Source: an uncultured bacterium (lineage in GTDB: Bacteria > Spirochaetota > B62-G9 > DRHN01). From it: a stretch of DNA of 64,000 nucleotides. Shown piece after piece: positions 30,351 to 39,722 of the stretch. A model generated the notes under the pieces. The model saw nothing but the letters and a program-made list of their open reading frames with translations. It did no database searches and was not told where the DNA came from. Numbering within the stretch: the stretch's first letter is position 1; each line of letters begins with the position of its first letter. The stretch lies in the NCBI GenBank assembly GCA_965603595.1, contig CBFDDP010000001.1:17751-81750 (forward strand), in the 5' to 3' direction. The position numbers were made by a program, and so were the translations under genes.

Positions 30351-31628
30351 CTAGGGTGAGAAGGAAAATCGGAAATCCTTCACATGAGCCTCATGTATCG
30401 GCGGGCCCACGGAAGCGAAACTGAAGCTTCGTTCCCTGAACAGTGTGTGCACAACTTCTTCGATATCTTCGGATGTAACAGCTTCGATACGGCTGAGCGT
30501 TTCATCGTAGGGAATGAGCTTTCCGTACAGCATCTCCTGCATGGCCATCCTGATCATCTTCCATTCGATGCTTTCCTTGGCGAGTATAAAATTTCCCCTG
30601 AACTTGTCTTTTGCAAGTTCCAGTTCCTTCCTCCGTATACCCCTCTTCACCACATCCATCAGTTCACTGTCGATTTCATCGAGCACCACGGGGAGGTTTT
30701 CAGGACTTGTGGAAAAACCTATGCTGAACTCGCCGCAGTCCGAGTAGTTGATTGCCATCGAGGAGACAGAATAACAGAGGCCCTTCTCCTCCCGAATCCT
30801 CTGAAAGAGGCGCGAGCTGAAACTGCTACCCAGGACTATGTTCAGGAGTGTCAGGGGAAACCGTGATTCATCTGCATACCCAAATGCCTCTACACCACAG
30901 AGAACATGTACCTGAGTGATGTCTCTCAATTCCGTAAAGTTCTTATCCCATGCCCGTGGTTTGTTGCATTTAGGCCTTTCCGTTATCTCACCGTTGAGGT
31001 ATCCCCTCTTCTGAAACAAACTTTCAACCCCCTTCTTAAATGTTCCTGCAGTTATGTTTCCGGCAACAGAAAGTATCAAACCTCGACGGCCGTAGTGACG
31101 ACGGTGAAACCTTACCACTTCTTCCAGCGACACCGAACCAATACTCTCACGGTCCCCCAAAACAGGCAGGCCAAGCGGATTTTCGCCCCACATTGCACGG
31201 GAGAAGAGCTCACCCACATAGTCCTCAGGGTCATCGATAGCCATGTTTATTTCATCGAGAATGACGAGCCGCTCCCGTTCAAACTCAGCCTTCCTAAAAG
31301 AGGATTTGAAATACATGTCAAGTAGAATATCAAGTGCATCGGGCCAGTGCCCGGCTGCCACATTCACGAAGTAGTAGGTGTTTTCCTTGGAGGTCGATCC
31401 ATTGATTTCACCGCCGAATGAATCGATCTGCGCTGCGATGTCATAGGCACTTCGTTTCCCTGTTCCCTTGAAGAGCATATGCTCGATCATATGTGCATAT
31501 CCGCGCTCACTGTCACTCTCGTCCCGCGACCCAAGGTCAATCCAGGCTCCGAGGGACACGGCACCACTGGTCGATATTTCATCGACAAGCAAGGTGACGC
31601 CATTATCAAGAACCATCTTTTTCGACAT
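30351..31628 (-). CDS. M16 family (pitrilysin/insulinase-like) zinc peptidase. Probable start MSKKMVLDNG at 31628; ORF-track start 31772 would overlap mdh by 89 nt.
   Basis: Inverted zincin motif HMIEHMLFKGT (HxxEH). Confidence 0.8.
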   Translation of the reverse strand: MSKKMVLDNGVTLLVDEISTSGAVSLGAWIDLGSRDESDSERGYAHMIEHMLFKGTGKRSAYDIAAQIDSFGGEINGSTSKENTYYFVNVAAGHWPDALDILLDMYFKSSFRKAEFERERLVILDEINMAIDDPEDYVGELFSRAMWGENPLGLPVLGDRESIGSVSLEEVVRFHRRHYGRRGLILSVAGNITAGTFKKGVESLFQKRGYLNGEITERPKCNKPRAWDKNFTELRDITQVHVLCGVEAFGYADESRFPLTLLNIVLGSSFSSRLFQRIREEKGLCYSVSSMAINYSDCGEFSIGFSTSPENLPVVLDEIDSELMDVVKRGIRRKELELAKDKFRGNFILAKESIEWKMIRMAMQEMLYGKLIPYDETLSRIEAVTSEDIEEVVHTLFRERSFSFASVGPPIHEAHVKDFRFSFSP

Positions 31629-31683
31629 GTGTGTATTGACCTTGCAATTAAAATCGGTGCAGATACCTGAGGAGTGGGCAAAG

Positions 31684-32628
31684 TTACAGTATTTTCTGCT
31701 CGTAAAGTGACTCCAGAGTCTCCACTCCCTCCTCGACTGCCCGAGCAGAATTGTCCAGTGCTCTTTTCTCATCCCCGGACAGGGGTAGCTCGAGAATCTT
31801 CCTTACCCCCCCGGCACCGAGAAAGACAGGCACACCCAGAAAGATGTTTTTATAACCATACTCGCCGTTCAGATAAACCGATGCAGGCAGCAGCCTTCGC
31901 TCATCCCTGATGATCGATTCCACCATCTTCACCGTAGAGGCTGCCGGTGCATAGAAGGCGCTCCCCGTCTTCAGGTAATTTATAACCTCAGCCCCTCCCT
32001 TTCTCGTACGCTCGACGAGACGCTCCACGCTCTCCTCGTCGAGAAGTTCATCGATGGGAAAACCGTTTACCGAAGTATACTGTCTCAGGGGGACCATGCT
32101 GTCGCCGTGCCCTCCGAGAACCATGGCCGTCACATCGCCGGTCCACAATCCCAATTCCTCCGCAATGAAGTACCTGAACCTGGTGGAATCGAGAACACCG
32201 GCCTGACCCACAACCCGTGCCGGTTCGAACCCCGTCTCTTTCAGCACCACCATACAGATAACATCCAGGGGATTGGTTACCACAACCACCACAGCGTCGG
32301 GAGCATAGGTGGCGATTGCCGCTGAAGCCTCCTGTGCAATCTTTGCATTGATTTTCAGCAGGTCCATCCGGTCCATACCCGGTTTTCGAGCGACCCCGGC
32401 GGTGAACACGATGACATCCGATCCTGCAATCTCCTTGATATTATTAGTGCCGAATATCCTGACATTGTACTCCCTGAGCGGGGCGGCATGCAGAAAATCT
32501 AGCCCCTTGCTCTGCGGGAACCCCTCCACCACATCCACCATAACGACATCCGCCAGGTTCTTCTCTGCAATATAGTAAACCGCGGTGGCACCCACATTAC
32601 CCGCGCCGATAACCGATACCTTGTTCAT
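31684..32628 (-). CDS. mdh: malate dehydrogenase (LDH-like MDH family)
   Basis: VIGAGNVGATAVYY Rossmann motif. Substrate-loop Arg (GVARKPGMDRMDL) indicates malate specificity. Catalytic GGHGDSM. Confidence 0.85.
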   Translation of the reverse strand: MNKVSVIGAGNVGATAVYYIAEKNLADVVMVDVVEGFPQSKGLDFLHAAPLREYNVRIFGTNNIKEIAGSDVIVFTAGVARKPGMDRMDLLKINAKIAQEASAAIATYAPDAVVVVVTNPLDVICMVVLKETGFEPARVVGQAGVLDSTRFRYFIAEELGLWTGDVTAMVLGGHGDSMVPLRQYTSVNGFPIDELLDEESVERLVERTRKGGAEVINYLKTGSAFYAPAASTVKMVESIIRDERRLLPASVYLNGEYGYKNIFLGVPVFLGAGGVRKILELPLSGDEKRALDNSARAVEEGVETLESLYEQKIL

Positions 32629-33548
32629 CCTGCTCTCTTTTCGAGGAAATCCTTCATCTTTCGCGCCGATTTCCGAAACTGCTCGAGCTCTGACTCCTCC
32701 AGCCTGGGGAGATACACTCTCAGAACGCCCTCTCTGCCGATCATACCCGGTATGCTCATCGCCACATCCTCGACATCATATTCTCCCTGCAACAGCAGGG
32801 AAACGGGAAGCAGGCGTCTCGTATCCCGCACCATGGCGTCCACGAGTTCTGCAACGGATGCGGAAGGAGCGTAGTATGCGGTGGAGCGTCCTGCCATACC
32901 GGCAATGAAATCTCCAGCCCTGCGCGTCTCATCCATAATAGATCCGAACTGCTCGGGAATCATGAGGTTGAGTACAGGGACCCCGGAGACAGTGCAATAG
33001 CGCGGAAGGCCTATCATCTCCTCGTTATGTCTGCCCATAACCAGGGCCGACACGTCCTCAACCGAGACATCGAGGTCGCGGGCCACGGCGTAGCGAAGCC
33101 TGGTCGAGTCGAGAAGTCCGCCGAGCCCAAGCACCGCCTCTCTCGGCAGCCCAGACTCAAGGGTGAACACCGTGGTGAGAAGGTCCACCGGCTCTGTGAC
33201 GATGATGACCTTTACATCGTCCTTCCGCCCCTTCAGGGCCCCCGCAAGCTCCCGTAACACGGTCACATTGTCATTGAGGAGCTCTTCACGCTTCATGCCG
33301 GGTTTTCGAACCGAACCTGCCGAGATAACAATGATGGGGGAGCGGAGCACTTCGTCGAGAGAGTCGGTGCCTGTGATCTTCGTCCGATAAGTCCTCACCG
33401 GTGAAGCTTCCATGAGGTCGAGGGCCTTGCCTGTTGACAGCCCTTCTCTGACATCGTGGAGCAGCACATTGGCTATTCCCTTCTCGGCTATGAAGAATGC
33501 CGTATTCGCCCCGGTATTTCCGCTACCTATGATTCCGACCGTCACCAT
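32625..33548 (-). CDS. second LDH/MDH-family dehydrogenase paralogue with a divergent catalytic loop. ATG at 33548 is 5 nt after the RBS AAGAGGAAG; ORF-track GTG start is at 33569.
   Basis: IIGSGNTGANTAFF Rossmann motif. Substrate-loop Arg (GSVRKPGMKREEL). Catalytic-His region reads MGRHNEEM instead of GGHGDSM. 4-nt overlap with the downstream mdh. Confidence 0.75.
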   Translation of the reverse strand: MVTVGIIGSGNTGANTAFFIAEKGIANVLLHDVREGLSTGKALDLMEASPVRTYRTKITGTDSLDEVLRSPIIVISAGSVRKPGMKREELLNDNVTVLRELAGALKGRKDDVKVIIVTEPVDLLTTVFTLESGLPREAVLGLGGLLDSTRLRYAVARDLDVSVEDVSALVMGRHNEEMIGLPRYCTVSGVPVLNLMIPEQFGSIMDETRRAGDFIAGMAGRSTAYYAPSASVAELVDAMVRDTRRLLPVSLLLQGEYDVEDVAMSIPGMIGREGVLRVYLPRLEESELEQFRKSARKMKDFLEKRAG

Positions 33549-33652
33549 ACTGCTTCCTCTTACTTTCACTATTTAGCTGTTACTCTTAACATACCTCCAG
33601 GCGGATCACATGTGAATTCGCATTATACCTATAATTTCCCCTAATGAGAATT

Positions 33653-33682
33653 AAAAAACCGGAACGCGTGGTTCCGGTTTTA
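33653..33682. terminator. bidirectional rho-independent terminator AAAAAACCGGAACgcgtgGTTCCGGTTTT
   Basis: Perfect 8-bp GC-rich stem flanked by an A-run and a T-run. Lies between the SOR gene stop and the mdh-paralogue start. Confidence 0.7.
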
Positions 33683-33738
33683 TGTTATTGCTGTGTACCC
33701 CCGTACAGATATGTACCGGGATCAAAGGCTTTACACGG

Positions 33739-34134
33739 CTATCTCAACTTGAGCTCCTTGCTGCTCTCCCACAGGCCGTGAATGTTACAGTAGGATGCAG
33801 CGAGCAGTGTACCAGGCTTGTCCGTCTTCATGGAGGTAACCACACAGCTGTTCGTATAGACAGGGCCCTGATTCGCACCCTCAGTTGACTCACCATGCGC
33901 ATCAAACTCGTAGCGTCCCACCTGAAAGGGTGCCTTCGCTCCTTCCGGTTGGAAGTACAGGATAACCCACCGTATGTGGTGCTCAGTGGTGTTGGGATGG
34001 GCCACCTCCTTGCCGACGGTAACCTCAACATTGAAATATTCCCCTGCCTTCACGCTGTCGGGTGCACCTATGGCAGGCACATGTTTCTCTGACTTCCAGT
34101 CGGCACTTTGCATAACGTCCTTAAATGCAGACAT
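33739..34134 (-). CDS. superoxide reductase (1Fe-SOR, neelaredoxin type)
   Basis: 131 aa with EKHVP ... H..H ... C..H ligand pattern (SEKHVPAIG; HPNTTEHHIRW; CNIHGLW). Strong RBS GGAGAGGAGG. Confidence 0.85.
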   Translation of the reverse strand: MSAFKDVMQSADWKSEKHVPAIGAPDSVKAGEYFNVEVTVGKEVAHPNTTEHHIRWVILYFQPEGAKAPFQVGRYEFDAHGESTEGANQGPVYTNSCVVTSMKTDKPGTLLAASYCNIHGLWESSKELKLR

Positions 34135-34350
34135 ATATCGATCCTCCTCTCCTGTTTGTAATTATAATCACATTACGTCTGTGGGTTCTGAGAGTCAATA
34201 GAAAGAGAGGGATGATTGATACGGTTGACAATACATGAAGACTCATCATCATTAAACATATACACCTTGGGGTAAATTTTTTGTTTTGAACATGATTTTT
34301 CACGAAAATATGATATACTGTAGGATGATAACATATATGATTGGGTAACC

Positions 34351-35226
34351 ATGTTAAAAGTGTTTTGGAAGATTGTACTGTGTTTTCTACTCTTCCTTCT
34401 CGTCGCAACCTTCTCGTTCTCTGCAACCATATATCTCAAGGATGGGACTGTATTAAACGGGATTATCGTTGAAGCAACCGAGGAGCAAATAGTCATCGAC
34501 ACAACGGTCGGCCTCATCGAAGTGCCCAGGTACAAGATAGAGGACATACTCTATGAGGGGGAGCAACCCGAGCCCAACTCTGGAAACATCTCAAAAAATA
34601 TAATCATCCAGCCGCAGACAGATGAGGGCGAGCAGCTCTTCTCCGAGATGGAGCAGCGGTACAAAGAGATCGAGGAGAAGAAGATTCGCCTCTACTTTAT
34701 GCTCCACGAGGAAGAGTTTCTCGATAAAATGGGCATCTATGAGGTGCAGCGCCTCGCGGGTGAGATTCCCTATTCTGAACGCCTCGCCATGTACTCAGCC
34801 TATGAAAGACGGGACCAGGGCCTTGGTGTAGGTCTCAACTTCTTCGCACCGAGCCTCGGCAGCTGGATGCAGGGTGATATAACGGGTGCGCTCATTCAGG
34901 ATGGTTTACTGCTCGTGGGAGTCGGCCTGCTCTACTGGAACAACAACTTTGACTATGAGAACAGCAATTTCTATAACGAAGAGAATGGTCAGACCGATAT
35001 GATGATGTATGCGGGCATTACCGTGCTTGCAGGCAACTGGGTATTCGGTCTCATACGCCCCTTCACCTATGTGAGGAAGTGGAATAAAAAATTGGCAGCA
35101 TCGCTACGGATCTCAGTCGACACCCTTCAGCAGGGTTATACACCCGGACCACACAACCCCTACGCCGAATATAAGGCGGATAACGAAACTCAGCTCAGGG
35201 TCGACCTCCTCGAAATCGAGTATTAA
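34351..35226 (+). CDS. hypothetical secreted/membrane protein
   Basis: Signal peptide MLKVFWKIVLCFLLFLLVATFSFSA. Hydrophobic C-terminal segments. No known motif. Confidence 0.5.
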   Translation: MLKVFWKIVLCFLLFLLVATFSFSATIYLKDGTVLNGIIVEATEEQIVIDTTVGLIEVPRYKIEDILYEGEQPEPNSGNISKNIIIQPQTDEGEQLFSEMEQRYKEIEEKKIRLYFMLHEEEFLDKMGIYEVQRLAGEIPYSERLAMYSAYERRDQGLGVGLNFFAPSLGSWMQGDITGALIQDGLLLVGVGLLYWNNNFDYENSNFYNEENGQTDMMMYAGITVLAGNWVFGLIRPFTYVRKWNKKLAASLRISVDTLQQGYTPGPHNPYAEYKADNETQLRVDLLEIEY

Positions 35227-35243
35227 TCTCCACCCTCACAATT

Positions 35244-36533
35244 TCATGTCATGTCCCTGGGCTGGCCCGTGGCAGCCAGCACATGGTTCCAGAGCCGTCC
35301 AGCAGGGTCTATGCACTTGCGTTCAGATACGGCAAGGCGGATGGGAACATGCGTGAACTCCCGTTTCCAGTATCCCACAACGGTATTCGTCCTGCCCGCC
35401 ATACCTGCGTGCACCGCGTTCTGACCGAACAGCAGGCAGAATGCCGAATCGTGGGCATTGGCCGGTATGCTTCTGATGATGTAGCTGGGATCGATATATT
35501 TGAGCGTCAAATCCATATTAATCTTCTTGAAATGGGCCTTTATCTCATCTCTAAGATACACCCCAATATCGCCGTAACGTATGTTACCCGAATCATCACA
35601 CTCAGTGACCTTTTGCAACAAATCCTGCCCGGCCCCCTCGGCCACAACCACAACTGCATGGCTGCGGCTTTCAAGACGATCCTTTAAGGATTCGAGGAAG
35701 GGCTTCATCTTAAAAGGAACTTCCGGTATGAGGCAAAAGTTGACGTCCCCTGAGACCAGTGCCGCATAGGCCGCAATGAAACCTGAATCCCGCCCCATCA
35801 GTTTCACGAGACCAACACCATTGCGCGCGCCCTCGGCCTCGGTATGCGCAGCATATGTGGCCTTCTGGGCCTCCTGAATTGCGGTTTCGAAACCGAAAGA
35901 CCGGTCCACATAGGAAATGTCGTTGTCGATGGTTTTGGGAACCCCGATGACACCGATCTTCACCTTCCTCTTTTTGATCTCCTCGGAAATCGCCTGAGCC
36001 CCGCGCAGTGTCCCGTCACCGCCGATGGCAAAGAGGAGCCCGATACTCATGCGCTCCAGTGTATCGACCATCTCTGAAACATCCTGCGGTCCGCGTGAGG
36101 AACCAAGTATGGTACCGCCCTTCTTGTGAATATCACCCACCTCGTCGGGATTAAGCTCGATGGGCTCATGACCATGTGTAAGGGTGAGGCCCTCATAACC
36201 GTACCTGAACCCGAACACGTTCCTCACTTCGTAGTGGTGATAGAGGGCAAGCACTATTGCACGTATTACATCGTCGAGTCCCGGACAGATACCGCCGCAG
36301 GTGACGATCCCGCACTTGAGTTTTGATGCATCGAAGTATATCTTCTCCCGGGGACCGGCCAGCTCGAACACCGGGACTTTTTCCTTGTCCCTGATCAGCT
36401 TCTCGATTTCCGGCAGGCTCGAATGGTAGAGCACATGCTCATCGTCGCCGACATACCGTTCACCCGTCATTGGGGAAGGGATCTTGCATTCACCGAGTCT
36501 GTCGACAGAAAGGTCAGGATTACCGTTACCCAT
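35244..36533 (-). CDS. pfp: 6-phosphofructokinase, pyrophosphate-dependent type (Pfp/PFK group II-like)
   Basis: PFK motifs GGICPGLDDVIRAIV and AIGGDGTLRGAQ. 429 aa is the size typical of PPi-PFKs. Confidence 0.75.
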   Translation of the reverse strand: MGNGNPDLSVDRLGECKIPSPMTGERYVGDDEHVLYHSSLPEIEKLIRDKEKVPVFELAGPREKIYFDASKLKCGIVTCGGICPGLDDVIRAIVLALYHHYEVRNVFGFRYGYEGLTLTHGHEPIELNPDEVGDIHKKGGTILGSSRGPQDVSEMVDTLERMSIGLLFAIGGDGTLRGAQAISEEIKKRKVKIGVIGVPKTIDNDISYVDRSFGFETAIQEAQKATYAAHTEAEGARNGVGLVKLMGRDSGFIAAYAALVSGDVNFCLIPEVPFKMKPFLESLKDRLESRSHAVVVVAEGAGQDLLQKVTECDDSGNIRYGDIGVYLRDEIKAHFKKINMDLTLKYIDPSYIIRSIPANAHDSAFCLLFGQNAVHAGMAGRTNTVVGYWKREFTHVPIRLAVSERKCIDPAGRLWNHVLAATGQPRDMT

Positions 36534-36697
36534 GCATACACCTCCCCTATTCCCCGTTCATTCTTACACATAATGTAACGATAGTTGTCCTTTAATTTCA
36601 AACTATTATGAGTTGCAGCGTGAGGATGGATTGTTCACCCGGGGGTATCCTTCACCGAACCAGACCCGCCAACCTGTAGTAATAGTTCAGGTTATGT

Positions 36698-38557
36698 CTA
36701 TTCTTCCTCTTCCCAGATCATGACATCCTTCATTTGAGACATGTTAGCAGCTCGTGTTGCATCATCGCCTGCTAAATCCAGATATGCATATTCCACAGCC
36801 AAATCAGGATCTATCTTCTTTAATTTGTTATAAGTTTTTTTTGCAGATCCATAATTTTCTAGTTCGTGGTTTGCGCGAGTAACACAAAGCAATACCTTCG
36901 GATTTTTAGGCTGTATCCTGGTTGCTCGCTCATATAATTCGAGTGCCCTCTCCATTTCATCATTGAGATAGTAAATATTTCCAAGGTTCATTAATGCGGG
37001 CATATACTTACTATTCATGCTCAACGACTTGGTGAACTCCATCTCAGCCTTGTCATTCACTCCATATCGAGCATATAAAACGCCACGTTTATTGACAAGC
37101 TTTGCAGTTTCTCCACTTTTTGTTATATCATCCTCAATCTTTACCAGCTGTGAATATATTTCCCTATCGATATACTTTATTAATTCTGTCAAGTACACAC
37201 TCACCAGCGTATCACTGCTGGGAAGAGTCAAAGTTGCAATATCTCCAGGCAACCCCACAGGTTCATACAGGCTCCAGGAACTATGCATTGGATAGAATCC
37301 CTCTTTCTGTTTTAAAACGGCTTCTCTCCACTCCTGAGCCCCTGTCTGCCATGCTTTAAGAAATCCTCCACCGATTTCTGTTACTTCAACGGGTATCCAG
37401 ACCTTCTCATCCCTGAATATCAACTCATCCTGCCTTGAAAACCTCTTCCTTGCTTGTTCAGGATCCATGGCAACTGCAAAGGCCATAAAGATATGGCCAG
37501 GTATTGTAATAAATGATGTTTCAACTCCCACTGACTCAAGGAGAGCACTGTACAGAATAGAGAGATCATCACAGTCACCAGCCCTGTAGTCCAGAGTCTG
37601 CTTGGGGAACTGCAGGAAGTCGACTGCTTGTTTATTTGCCGAAAATTCTGCATACGGTGTTGTCGGGTCTATAACATAGCTCATACCGTATAACGATATC
37701 GCCTCGTGGAGAGCCATCGCCATAAGTAGATTCTTGTCCACGGCTTTGCTTCCCTTATCTTTGATCATCCCTGCGACATTTTTTGAAAACCTGAGCACAA
37801 CCGGATCCTTTGCCGTTACAAATGCCGCGGCTTTTCTGTCGTCATCCCAATTTATCGCATTTCTATCAAATATTCGTATTGTCTCACTGTATTTGCTTTC
37901 GTATACCGTCCCCTTATGGGTGTACTCGACAATTATTTCAGCAGCCACCTTGGTGCCTTCAGTAATCTCAAGAACCTTGTTGTTAAACAGGGCAGTCAAC
38001 TCTATCTCGGCCTCTTCGCCAGCTTCAAGTGTACCGGGTGTCTTGCACTCTTTTGGTATATCCATATACTGCCGCACAAATACAGTTACGTTTATATCCG
38101 TCGTTGGGATCTTTTCCCAGTTGTGAATAACAGCTATACCCAATGGATTTTCATCATAGTACTTGTAAAACACCGGAAATATATCGTAGAACTGTGCTTT
38201 TACTATCTCTAGCCCTTCACCTGTCGTAATAACCTCCTTTTCCTCGGCTGGCTTCGATTTCTGAAAATCCTCCTTCCTGGGTTTCTGAAGTTTTTCCCTC
38301 TCTGGTTCTTCAACACCTTCTTTCCCAGGCTTCACAAGTTGTTCTGTTTCCGTTTTTTGAGTTTCTTCTTGGCCAGGTTTTACAAGCTTTTCCTCTTTTC
38401 CTGGTTTTTCGAGCTCTTTATCTCCAGAAACCGGAGATTCATCTTTTCCAGGCTTTTCGAGCTTCTCTCCCCCTCCTCCAAAGAGACCATTTGTAACAAG
38501 AGCAAATGAAATTATCAAACAGAAGAAAATGGTAAAAAAATTGAATTTATATTTCAT
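36698..38557 (-). CDS. transglutaminase-like cysteine-protease-domain protein with N-terminal KPGKE tandem repeats and C-terminal TPR repeats
   Basis: Signal/anchor MKYKFNFFTIFFCLIISFALV. Repeats EKPGKDE/EKPGKEE/VKPGQEE/VKPGKEG/QKPRKED. Transglutaminase-like Cys/His (AGDCDDLSILYSALLESVG ... IPGHIFMAF). C-terminal TPR-like helices. The gene is ~40% GC versus ~52% in flanking DNA. Confidence 0.7.
   Translation of the reverse strand: MKYKFNFFTIFFCLIISFALVTNGLFGGGGEKLEKPGKDESPVSGDKELEKPGKEEKLVKPGQEETQKTETEQLVKPGKEGVEEPEREKLQKPRKEDFQKSKPAEEKEVITTGEGLEIVKAQFYDIFPVFYKYYDENPLGIAVIHNWEKIPTTDINVTVFVRQYMDIPKECKTPGTLEAGEEAEIELTALFNNKVLEITEGTKVAAEIIVEYTHKGTVYESKYSETIRIFDRNAINWDDDRKAAAFVTAKDPVVLRFSKNVAGMIKDKGSKAVDKNLLMAMALHEAISLYGMSYVIDPTTPYAEFSANKQAVDFLQFPKQTLDYRAGDCDDLSILYSALLESVGVETSFITIPGHIFMAFAVAMDPEQARKRFSRQDELIFRDEKVWIPVEVTEIGGGFLKAWQTGAQEWREAVLKQKEGFYPMHSSWSLYEPVGLPGDIATLTLPSSDTLVSVYLTELIKYIDREIYSQLVKIEDDITKSGETAKLVNKRGVLYARYGVNDKAEMEFTKSLSMNSKYMPALMNLGNIYYLNDEMERALELYERATRIQPKNPKVLLCVTRANHELENYGSAKKTYNKLKKIDPDLAVEYAYLDLAGDDATRAANMSQMKDVMIWEEEE
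38275..38480 (-). repeat. imperfect in-frame tandem DNA repeats (CCAGGNTTTNCNAGCT-type unit) encoding the KPGKE peptide repeats
   Basis: Four to five copies of the unit visible in the 5' part of the 36698..38557 gene. Confidence 0.5.
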
Positions 38558-38787
38558 GGCCGCGTACCTCCACAGTTCATTGATCTAAACAACAGTGCAA
38601 GTATAATTAAGAGTGCTTAATTTTTAACTCCTTATATTAATCTTTACCACACATCAGGAAAATTTTAAAGATTTTTATAGAAAAAAAACGTCGTTTTTGA
38701 ATTACCTGTATATATAGAATTATATTGACATTAAAATAAGAAAATTTATAATTAAAATAATTTCATGCCATTTTAAGGAGTTCGACA

Positions 38788-39501
38788 ATGAAAAAATTTA
38801 TCATCATTACTGCTTTAATTTTGGGTGTCCTTTTTATATTTTCAGCTACCTCTGTTTTTGCTCAGTACGCATATTTTGGAGTGAAAGGAGGAATAAATTT
38901 AGCAAATGTTTGGGGTGAGGATACTGATCCAGATGGTGCTCTCTTTATTGGTTGGGATGACAAAAAAATAAAAATAGGCTTTGCAGCGGGGGGTTATTCA
39001 ACAATTGTACTAACAAATTGGTTTGCATTACAGCCAGAACTGCTTTTTACTATGCAGGGCACCTCATATGAATATTCGGAGGAATTACCAGGCTACTCTT
39101 TCTGGGTTAAAGAGACTTTAAAATTGGGTTATATTCAACTTCCAGTTCTGCTCAAATTTTACATTCCGATGGAAGGCAATGTAAAGATCAACGCTTTTGC
39201 TGGACCATATGTTGCCTATAACGTATATGCGAAAGCTAGAGTGCAGGTAGAGGAAACTGGCTTTGAGGATTATGATGAAATAGAAGATATAGAGGATGAT
39301 TGGGGATGGGGAGTCCGAAAATTTGATTATGGGGCTGTTGCTGGTGCAGGTGTTGACTTTATCATAAAAGGTAGGCAGCTCACTGTTGACGCGAGGTATA
39401 CCATAGGATTTGCAAATATCTTCCAAGATTTAACGGGATGGCCCGAAGATCCTGTTTTTAGAAATGGTACAATTTCAGTAATGGTTGGGATTGGATTTTA
39501 A
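38788..39501 (+). CDS. small outer-membrane beta-barrel protein (OmpA-like N-terminal-domain / porin_2-type)
   Basis: Signal peptide MKKFIIITALILGVLFIFSATSVFAQ. Alternating aromatic beta-strands. C-terminal F (..MVGIGF). Low GC, preceded by a very AT-rich 230-bp promoter region. Confidence 0.65.
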   Translation: MKKFIIITALILGVLFIFSATSVFAQYAYFGVKGGINLANVWGEDTDPDGALFIGWDDKKIKIGFAAGGYSTIVLTNWFALQPELLFTMQGTSYEYSEELPGYSFWVKETLKLGYIQLPVLLKFYIPMEGNVKINAFAGPYVAYNVYAKARVQVEETGFEDYDEIEDIEDDWGWGVRKFDYGAVAGAGVDFIIKGRQLTVDARYTIGFANIFQDLTGWPEDPVFRNGTISVMVGIGF

Positions 39502-39722
39502 ACTTACAACAATCATGCAAAATCCAGGATCATCGGATTTATGAGTATTCTTCAAATATGACAGAAACCTCTTCGAAGAAGCTTCAAAAATCATATTTTC
39601 GATCATACACGATTTCCATACAGAACCAGTACAAACGGCCATAAAGACAGGGGCTGTCATCTCCTATCAGTCCTTTGGCGACCTGTTCTATTAAAAACAT
39701 CATCGTGGGGAGAGTAAAAACA

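Noticed and set aside
38558-38787. Very AT-rich 230-bp segment considered as a possible mobile-element scar or CRISPR leader
   Set aside because: No repeats, no integrase/transposase, no spacer-repeat periodicity. It is best explained as a shared divergent promoter region of the low-GC island.
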